A DNA stretch of 52,072 bases from an uncultured Candidatus Saccharibacteria bacterium (GTDB lineage Bacteria > Patescibacteriota > WWE3 > UBA101185 > UBA10185), in the NCBI GenBank assembly GCA_964590955.1, contig CAZPYT010000002.1, positions 1 through 52,072 on the forward strand, read 5' to 3'. The position numbers and the translations under genes were made by a program. How positions within the stretch are numbered: position 1 is the first letter of the stretch; every line of letters begins with the position of its first letter. The notes under the pieces are model-generated. The model did not search any database and had not been told where the DNA came from. It was given only the letters and a program-made list of their open reading frames with translations. Below, piece by piece: positions 46,043 through 52,072 of the stretch.

Positions 46043-47328
46043 TTCAGACCTGATTGGCCTCTGCCGTCCCAGCCTTTGGTTTGTGCTCTATTTTTTATAA
46101 AGTATTTAAAAATTGAAAAAGAGTCGATAATCATGTAGCCCACTACAATTAATTTACACGAAATTGACGAGCACTTTTTCGAATTTAATTCCATCATATA
46201 TCTTTCGTATTTTACAATCTGCTTTTCCCAAGGAATGCCTGTTGCTTTTTTGAATCCTTTTTTCTGCAGATCATTCATTAGCTTTTGATCTTTTAATGTG
46301 CTTAATATCGCATCTGCCAGTTTTTCCGGACTTTTTGGTTCAACCAGTACACCTGTTTCTCCTACAACCTCAGGATTAGACCCGGCTGTAGTTGTAATGA
46401 CGGGAGTTCCGCATGCCATCGCCTCATAAAATACCCAACCAAAGCCTTCATAGAGTGTTGGTAAAACAAATAAGTCTGCCAAAACGTAGTATTTCGCCAA
46501 TTCGGGGGTCTTATTTGACATACTACCCAAAAAGCTAATGTTAGAAGTTAATCCGTATCTGGTTACGCTGTTTTCCAGAAACTGTCTTTCAATCCCATCT
46601 CCGATTATCAGCCATTTTATACCCTGTATTTTTCTTTGATTGACTATGATATCCATAGCTTCTACCATAGTTATAAGATTTTTTCTTGGATCTAATCTGC
46701 AAACTGTCAGCAAAATCTTATCTTCAGGTTTGTTCTTGTGTATTACCGCTAGATCAGAAACATCGTAATTAGGGTGAAAAATATCAAGGTCAAATCCTTT
46801 TGGAATTATTTTTGCAGAATAACCCATTTTGATACTTTGCTGATTCATGAAATTTGTAATATGTACGGTGCCGTCAGCCCTTTTTCCCTCGAGTATTTCA
46901 AGATAAGTATCCCCGGCAAGTATCATAATATAGGGATACCCAAAAAATATTTTCAGCACTCTCGCTAATAACGCTTCAAGAGAAAAATGCACAGATACAA
47001 GATCAAATTTTTCTCCTTCATTACGAAGTTTAACCACTTTAAAAAAGGCTCGTATTAAAAACAATGCTGCATGAATAATGCCGCTGTTGTTGTATGTTAG
47101 GTATTCTGTAGGGGACTTAATATAGAAAAGTTTTACTTTTGATTTATCCAGATCCTTTAGTTTTTCAAGTTTATCTCCCTGCGCGGTAATTACTGATACC
47201 GTATGCCCTTTTTTTGCCAGCCATACCAAAAGACCTTGAATGTGCGCCTCGTTACCGCCCTCGTTATAACCGACCCATCTGTTTATTAGTAGTATATTTA
47301 GCTTTTTTTGATATATAACAGAGTCCAT
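46039..47328 (-). CDS. GT4 (Glycos_transf_1) glycosyltransferase
   Basis: LPTLYEGFGWVFYEAMACGTPVITT is the EX7E region. Start moved from TTG 47349 to ATG 47328, 7 nt after TAATAT. Confidence 0.8.
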   Translation of the reverse strand: MDSVIYQKKLNILLINRWVGYNEGGNEAHIQGLLVWLAKKGHTVSVITAQGDKLEKLKDLDKSKVKLFYIKSPTEYLTYNNSGIIHAALFLIRAFFKVVKLRNEGEKFDLVSVHFSLEALLARVLKIFFGYPYIMILAGDTYLEILEGKRADGTVHITNFMNQQSIKMGYSAKIIPKGFDLDIFHPNYDVSDLAVIHKNKPEDKILLTVCRLDPRKNLITMVEAMDIIVNQRKIQGIKWLIIGDGIERQFLENSVTRYGLTSNISFLGSMSNKTPELAKYYVLADLFVLPTLYEGFGWVFYEAMACGTPVITTTAGSNPEVVGETGVLVEPKSPEKLADAILSTLKDQKLMNDLQKKGFKKATGIPWEKQIVKYERYMMELNSKKCSSISCKLIVVGYMIIDSFSIFKYFIKNRAQTKGWDGRGQSGLN

Positions 47329-47365
47329 CAAACTAATATTACCACTCAAGTTGTAATATTATTAA

Positions 47366-47887
47366 TTAAAACTTTTCGTGGGAAATAAATTCTGTTATTG
47401 GTTTTCTGTCTTTTTCTATGTGAGGAATAGGTGTTATTCTTGGATACCCAAAAATCATACATCCCAGCATTTTGTAATTTTCCGGAATATTTAAAAGTTT
47501 TCTGGTAGTTTCATCATCAAGTGTTACCCAACAGCTGCCGATACCCATATCCCAGGCGGTTAACCACATATTGTACATTGCAATAGCAGTACTGTAGGTA
47601 TATTGATCATGTTCTGCCAGCCAGGCATCTGCGCCTTCTTCCTCTTTTGATAAACCGACCACCATGATAGGTGCCAGTTTGATAAATTTACCATGATCCG
47701 CAGTCTCTGCCAGTTTTTCCATCATTTCCCTTGATCTGACGATTATAAAATGCCACGGTTGTGCATCAATCGGGCTGGGGGACCATCTGGCGGCTTCTAA
47801 AATTTTCGCAAAATCCTCAGGATCAATTTGTTTATCCGAAAATGCGCGAATGGATGTACGTGATTTAATTGCTTCCAATACGTTCAT
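47366..47887 (-). CDS. nitroreductase-family flavoprotein
   Basis: VLEAIKSRTSIRAFSDKQI..ILEAARWSPSP.DAQPWHFIIV is the canonical nitroreductase N-terminus. Confidence 0.8.
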   Translation of the reverse strand: MNVLEAIKSRTSIRAFSDKQIDPEDFAKILEAARWSPSPIDAQPWHFIIVRSREMMEKLAETADHGKFIKLAPIMVVGLSKEEEGADAWLAEHDQYTYSTAIAMYNMWLTAWDMGIGSCWVTLDDETTRKLLNIPENYKMLGCMIFGYPRITPIPHIEKDRKPITEFISHEKF

Positions 47888-48422
47888 AATTTGAGTATAG
47901 CAGATGCTTTTTGGACAATACTAATTCGGCAATAAAGAATGCTGCGGGTACAAACATTAGCGTACTTATCATTTGCATGCGTAGAAAGGGAAGTGAGTTT
48001 ATGTATGATGCCATTAATCCCGTCAAAGTATGTTTGTACATACCACTGATCAACCACACCCCAAAATTTGTCCACAAATAGAAAAAAATATTTGCTCCAA
48101 GTCCTGTTGTGACGGCTGATACAGTCTTGTTGTTTTGCATAAATTTATGCGCGGATAAAGCAGGTATTAAAAATCCGGTCCAGGTAAACAAAAAAATACT
48201 TGAATTAGTTATTATCAAGTCAGTAGAAAATAGCAACGCAGCAGTTATGAAAAGACTTTCTTTATATCCAAAATATGCCGCTGTAAGAAGCATCACAACT
48301 GTGATTAATTCTATGTTGGGTCCAAAATCAAACACAGTACGTTCAAGAAATGCTGCCAGAAAAAGCAGGAACAGTATCGCAAATTTTTTAAGCACTAGTA
48401 TTCTATCTCCTCGAATTTCCAC
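47865..48422 (-). CDS. polytopic membrane protein, putative vitamin/corrinoid uptake component (ECF-S / DUF6580-like)
   Basis: 185 aa, 5-6 TM, WTNFGVWL..YKHTLTGLMASYINSLPF block. Overlaps both neighbouring genes (operon). Confidence 0.45.
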   Translation of the reverse strand: MEIRGDRILVLKKFAILFLLFLAAFLERTVFDFGPNIELITVVMLLTAAYFGYKESLFITAALLFSTDLIITNSSIFLFTWTGFLIPALSAHKFMQNNKTVSAVTTGLGANIFFYLWTNFGVWLISGMYKHTLTGLMASYINSLPFLRMQMISTLMFVPAAFFIAELVLSKKHLLYSNYERIGSN

Positions 48423-48823
48423 AAAACCTTATCATCCTTGTTTAGAATCATTTTATCTGCAGCTATCTGTCCTTTTTCCCCATTTACGCTGTAAACCCAG
48501 GCCATTTTTTCATTTCCTTCGATGTTGCCTATCTTTTCTACAAAAACACCAAAATCGTACTTTTTGACTGCCAATTCAATATTATTTTGATTTACAAATG
48601 CTTCTAGTGCAGAATAAGCAGTTAAGTTAGCTTCTAGATTAATATCTGATGTCTGGCTGGTTCCATTTCCAAAATCTACAGTTACCTCAACCATTTGGTT
48701 CATAATCTCAGGAGCAACGATTGGTTGCTGAACAGGAGATCTGTTGTAATATTCAGTCATTCCTGTTATCACGCCAAAGCAAATTAGTATAACGAGTAAA
48801 TATTGTATGTATTTTTTATTCAT
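48395..48823 (-). CDS. DUF4430 (transcobalamin-like beta-grasp) secreted protein
   Basis: GVFVEKIGNIEGNEKMAWVYSVNGEKGQIAADKMILNKDDKVLWKFE matches the DUF4430 pattern (W.Y.VNG...gD.v.w.y). N-terminal anchor. Confidence 0.7.
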   Translation of the reverse strand: MNKKYIQYLLVILICFGVITGMTEYYNRSPVQQPIVAPEIMNQMVEVTVDFGNGTSQTSDINLEANLTAYSALEAFVNQNNIELAVKKYDFGVFVEKIGNIEGNEKMAWVYSVNGEKGQIAADKMILNKDDKVLWKFEEIEY

Positions 48824-48934
48824 AAGCTTCTCCTAAGCGGGAAAACACTAATTACTATTAGAACCGCTAGTTTTCTGACTTTACGGTTGCGCTACAGTAC
48901 GAGACTTACACTCGTTTTCCTTGAACACAGTTCT
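48824..48934 (-). promoter_or_regulatory. cobalamin-riboswitch-like leader (compact, no P6 extension)
   Basis: The minus strand reads AGAAC..GGAAAACGAGUGUAAGUCUCGUACUGUAGCGCAACCGUAAAGUCAGAAAACUAGCGGUUCU. It is collinear with the core GGGAA..GGUG.AA.UCC..CCCGC.ACUGUAA and the B12 box AGUCAGGA.ACC.GC. P1 is AGAAC/GUUCU. Downstream, UUUUCCCGCU can pair with the aptamer or mask AGGAGA. Confidence 0.55.
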
Positions 48935-48940
48935 TTAGAT

Positions 48941-48969
48941 ATTATGCACATACATAGTATTAGGCACAA
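48941..48969 (-). promoter_or_regulatory. promoter of the riboswitch-led operon
   Basis: On the minus strand: TTGTGC (48969-48964), 17-nt spacer, CATAAT (48946-48941). The predicted transcription start falls at the 5' end of P1. Confidence 0.45.
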
Positions 48970-48976
48970 TGTTTTT

Positions 48977-49174
48977 TTAGGCTAACGGTCTTTTCATGCT
49001 AATGATTACGTTGCTTGATTTACCATCTATAGAATTTAGGTCGAAAATATTTATCACTTCCCACCCATCAACACCATAACTGTTTAATTGGTCTTCCAGT
49101 TGCTGTGTTTTCATATCGCTTTCGATGTACCGGCCTACATTTACTTTCGCGATTTTGTATTCCCACTTAATCAT
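48977..49174 (-). CDS. DUF4177 domain protein
   Basis: MIKWEYKIAKV..LNSYGVDGWEVINIF is the typical WEYK..GWELV signature. Confidence 0.7.
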   Translation of the reverse strand: MIKWEYKIAKVNVGRYIESDMKTQQLEDQLNSYGVDGWEVINIFDLNSIDGKSSNVIISMKRPLA

Positions 49175-49211
49175 AAGAGAATCCTAGCATACCCCGAAGT
49201 TGATGAGAACC

Positions 49212-49255
49212 AAAAAAAAATAACCGCCAGTTTTTGTTTAATCTGGCGGTTTTAT
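49212..49255. terminator. bidirectional terminator after adk
   Basis: AACCGCCAG (49222-49230) pairs with CTGGCGGTT (49243-49251), with an A9 run on one side (a T-run for the minus-strand adk). Confidence 0.75.
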
Positions 49256-49257
49256 GG

Positions 49258-49920
49258 CTATCCCAAGATAACCTGCATGGTTTTATCTATCGTCTCCCAA
49301 ACTGTATCAATTGGCGCGTTACCATCGACGACAAAAAGCTGATTTTGTTCATCGTAGTGCTGTATCAAGGCAGTAGTTTGCGCAAGATACGTCTGTATAC
49401 GGACCCGGATTGTTGCCTCCTTATCATCATCCCTTTGGTAAAGTTCCACGCCGTCATGATCACAAATACCAGTTGTCTTTGGTGGGCTACTTGTTGTGTT
49501 ATAGGCAGTCTGACAATGTGGACATGTCCATCGCCCGGCCAGCCGTTCTACAAGATTATTTTCATCTGCATCCAAAAATAGTGCTCCGAGAAACTTTGCG
49601 CCAAGCTTTCTCAGAAATGCTAGGAGAGCCTCATTTTGTGCTGGAGTGCGTGGAAAACCGTCCAGCAGTACCAACTGATCTTTTTTTGTACAGCTCTGCA
49701 GTTTAGCTTCGATGAGCCCGATCACAATCTCATCCGGTACAAGTTCCCCTTTTTTCATATATTCTTGAGCCTGTAAGCCGAGCTCAGTTTTGGTTTTAAC
49801 ATGCCACCGCAATTCATTCCCGGAAGAAATATGCAAGGCTCCGAACGTTTCGACAATACCTTTTGCTTGTGTGCCCTTACCTACCCCAGGCGGTCCGATA
49901 ATAACCATGAAATTTGCCAT
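49258..49920 (-). CDS. adk: adenylate kinase with Zn-binding lid
   Basis: IIGPPGVGKGTQ, LLDGFPRT, lid CPHCQ...CDHDG, QRDDD. SD GGAGG. Confidence 0.9.
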   Translation of the reverse strand: MANFMVIIGPPGVGKGTQAKGIVETFGALHISSGNELRWHVKTKTELGLQAQEYMKKGELVPDEIVIGLIEAKLQSCTKKDQLVLLDGFPRTPAQNEALLAFLRKLGAKFLGALFLDADENNLVERLAGRWTCPHCQTAYNTTSSPPKTTGICDHDGVELYQRDDDKEATIRVRIQTYLAQTTALIQHYDEQNQLFVVDGNAPIDTVWETIDKTMQVILG

Positions 49921-49954
49921 GTCTGCCTCCTTCGAGATTTTTAAAGTTGCAAGA

Positions 49955-49982
49955 ATTATACATCAACTTTATGTCCTGACAA
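49955..49982 (-). promoter_or_regulatory. adk promoter
   Basis: On the minus strand: TTGTCA (49982-49977), 16-nt spacer, TATAAT (49960-49955), then a roughly 30-nt leader with GGAGG. Confidence 0.5.
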
Positions 49983-50050
49983 CTTGCGATAAAGATTAAA
50001 ACATTATATTTGGAATTGTGTATATGAAATGCGAATGCTAAACTCGACAA

Positions 50051-50776
50051 ATGCAGTGTACGATAATTATACCTTGCTACAATGAGGCAAAAACGATAAA
50101 AAAGCTGTTAGATACTTTGATTAATGCGTCAAAAAATAATGGTTATGAATCAAAGTGTGAAATTATTGTTGTAGATGATGGTTCTAGCGATAACTCTGTA
50201 GATATTATTTCCCGGATCAGACATCCAACTCTTAAGCTAATTAGGCACACTAAAAATTTAGGAAAGACTGAAGCTATCAAGACCGGGCTTAAAGTGGCTT
50301 CGGGTGAGTACATAGCTATTCAAGATGCCGATTTAGAATATAACCCAAGTGATTTGTTTAAGTTAATTAACAAGGCGTTTAGTGGTAATCTTGATGTGCT
50401 CTACGGTTCTCGGGTTTTGGCACCGAATCCAACCGCTTATCCGGCGTATTATTTGGGGAGTCGTGTGATTACATCATTATTTAACAAACTGTTTGCCCAG
50501 AATATCACTGATTTACCCACGTGTTATAAGATTTTCAAAAAAAGCCTTATACAACCCGCTGATCTAAACCATAGCCGTTTTAGTTTTTGTGCTGATGTTT
50601 CCTGTATATTTGCAAAAAAAAACATTAAAATAAAAGAACTGCCGATATCTTACCTCCCAAGAACATCTGCTCAGGGTAAAAAAATTAAGTCTTTAGACGG
50701 ATTGCAGTTTATATGGATTATTGTAAAGCATTACTTAGATTTATTGCTCAATACAGAAAAGAAAAAAGAAGCTTAA
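50051..50776 (+). CDS. family 2 glycosyltransferase (polyprenol-phosphate sugar synthase-like)
   Basis: IIIPCYNE, IIVVDDGSSD, RHTKNLGKTEAIKTG, QDADLEY. TAAACT (50039-50044) lies 6 nt from the ATG. Confidence 0.85.
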   Translation: MQCTIIIPCYNEAKTIKKLLDTLINASKNNGYESKCEIIVVDDGSSDNSVDIISRIRHPTLKLIRHTKNLGKTEAIKTGLKVASGEYIAIQDADLEYNPSDLFKLINKAFSGNLDVLYGSRVLAPNPTAYPAYYLGSRVITSLFNKLFAQNITDLPTCYKIFKKSLIQPADLNHSRFSFCADVSCIFAKKNIKIKELPISYLPRTSAQGKKIKSLDGLQFIWIIVKHYLDLLLNTEKKKEA

Positions 50777-52072
50777 TCCTCCTAATTTTAATATTATTTC
50801 CTCTTTTTCACAGAAGTGCTGAAGCCTTGTACACTGCTTTGTTTTTGTTATTAGGCGGCTTATTTTTATATTTTAGAAGTGTGTTTAGAAATAAGGCTGC
50901 TTGGAATTTACTTGTATATTTATTTTCCTGTACTTTTTTAATATTGCTATTAGCATACTCATATACTTATACAAGGTACGACAGCTGGGACGGAAATTTA
51001 TGGTATTTGAAACACATTTTACTTCTAAGTAAAAATTATTATCTTAAAATTGTAAATGTTGCATATGTTCCTTATCCTGTCGAATTGGTTTTGTCTGTGG
51101 TTTATAGATATACAAATATAAATATCACGACTTTTATTCTTTCTTTGATGTATTTTGTAAACGGATACCTGACATATAAAATATTTTTTCGATTAAGTTC
51201 TAACTCCAAGACAGTTTTAATACTTACATTTTTAGCCGTCACAACACCATATTTCTTAAATTTTCATTTTCTGCAATTAAAAATTGAGCCTTTTTTGCTC
51301 TTTTTCTTTTACCAGGCAGTTATTTATTACTACAATTTTATTGAAGCACCTGCAACAAAAAGCGCTTTAATGTTAGGAATATTTTCAGGCATGGCTATTC
51401 TGATTAAAATTTCGACGTTTCCCTTTTTTGTATTTCTTCTTATTACCCACATTATTTTTTCAAAACCTTTGGACCCAAAGCTTTTAGTTTCTATTATTGC
51501 ACCGACATTATTGATAATAACAGTATGGGTATATATTTTTGGTATTCATATACCATGGACTTCCATAAATATGGATGCTCGTTTTAAGCAGGTAGCGCCA
51601 TACTTTTCTATGAACCCGAAAAGTTATGAACAGTGCCTTAAAGAATTGAAAATAGTAGATTTTTCTGATTTTTTTAATGACACAAATACGTCTAAATTTT
51701 TTCTTTTAAATCAGGTAGAAAAATTTGTAAATAACTCATCAGCGCACAATTTACCTTTTTCAGGTTCCCAAGTTGGTAGTATTGCTTTTTTTTCAGTGCT
51801 ATTGTATCTACCCTTCTTAGCAACAAACAAAAAACTAAGGTCAGACCCGATTTTTGTCAGTTCAAGCTTATATATAATTTTCTATTTTATTTATATTCGC
51901 GGTGTTTATTGGTATCTTCTGATGTTATACCCATTTACAATATTCGCTTTTTATGATTATTTCTTAAACGTATCGATAAGCCGTAGCATTAGTAATTTGC
52001 TGCTTATTGCGAATGGTATGGCTCTGTTATTCATGACGTTTGAAACTATAGACAGGCATGCTATGGGCATAG
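50713..52072 (+). CDS. polytopic membrane protein, probable GT-C partner of the GT2 (3'-partial, runs off the window)
   Basis: Not in the track because it has no stop. By my translation the frame is open from 50689 to 52072 (..LILLILILFPLF..YLKHILLLSKNYY..FFFYQAVIYYY..). The first ATG is 50713 and overlaps the GT2 end by 64 nt. The start is uncertain. Confidence 0.5.
   Translation, partial: MDYCKALLRFIAQYRKEKRSLILLILILFPLFHRSAEALYTALFLLLGGLFLYFRSVFRNKAAWNLLVYLFSCTFLILLLAYSYTYTRYDSWDGNLWYLKHILLLSKNYYLKIVNVAYVPYPVELVLSVVYRYTNINITTFILSLMYFVNGYLTYKIFFRLSSNSKTVLILTFLAVTTPYFLNFHFLQLKIEPFLLFFFYQAVIYYYNFIEAPATKSALMLGIFSGMAILIKISTFPFFVFLLITHIIFSKPLDPKLLVSIIAPTLLIITVWVYIFGIHIPWTSINMDARFKQVAPYFSMNPKSYEQCLKELKIVDFSDFFNDTNTSKFFLLNQVEKFVNNSSAHNLPFSGSQVGSIAFFSVLLYLPFLATNKKLRSDPIFVSSSLYIIFYFIYIRGVYWYLLMLYPFTIFAFYDYFLNVSISRSISNLLLIANGMALLFMTFETIDRHAMGI

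Noticed and set aside
1-52072. CRISPR arrays, rRNA genes, IS elements/transposases, integrases and known defence-system genes
   Set aside because: I looked for regularly spaced direct repeats, DDE/HUH/tyrosine-recombinase motifs and hallmark defence domains in all listed ORFs and intergenic regions and recognised none. This absence is based on reading by eye only.

Overview
This is an AT-rich bacterial chromosomal segment. Its gene content resembles a small-genome Patescibacteria/CPR-like organism, with many GT-C and GT2 envelope glycosyltransferases plus DUF192, DUF4177 and TraX; that assignment is inference only. The housekeeping backbone is dnaG-rpoD (23.0-26.1 kb), pgi / mutS-mutL (29.0-34.6 kb), a minus-strand block from a trypsin-like protease to DUF192 (36.9-43.7 kb), and polysaccharide and B12-uptake genes (44.7-48.8 kb). 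The left 14 kb is accessory. It holds a phage remnant (small terminase plus a roughly 50% GC small-gene operon), a winged-helix/Tmk-like fusion divergent from a canonical tmk, tRNA-Ala, two genes each broken by one in-frame TAA, and a tRNA-Ser(CGA) followed by four decayed copies of its own 3' end that bracket small cargo segments. One cargo segment carries a wHTH-Nudix protein and a split phosphohistidine-swivel kinase-like pair. Three other points stand out. At least 15 native genes have a -10 box 5-9 nt from the start codon and no Shine-Dalgarno, which suggests leaderless mRNAs, whereas several GC-rich inserted cassettes have full promoters, long leaders, strong SDs and hairpin terminators. 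A compact cobalamin-riboswitch-like leader precedes a DUF4430/membrane protein/nitroreductase operon. There is also an ArmA/Rmt-like 16S rRNA methyltransferase homologue and an S41 peptidase carrying an HPD-less J-like domain. I saw no CRISPR array, rRNA, transposase or integrase. All functional calls come from motif recognition by eye, with no searches run.
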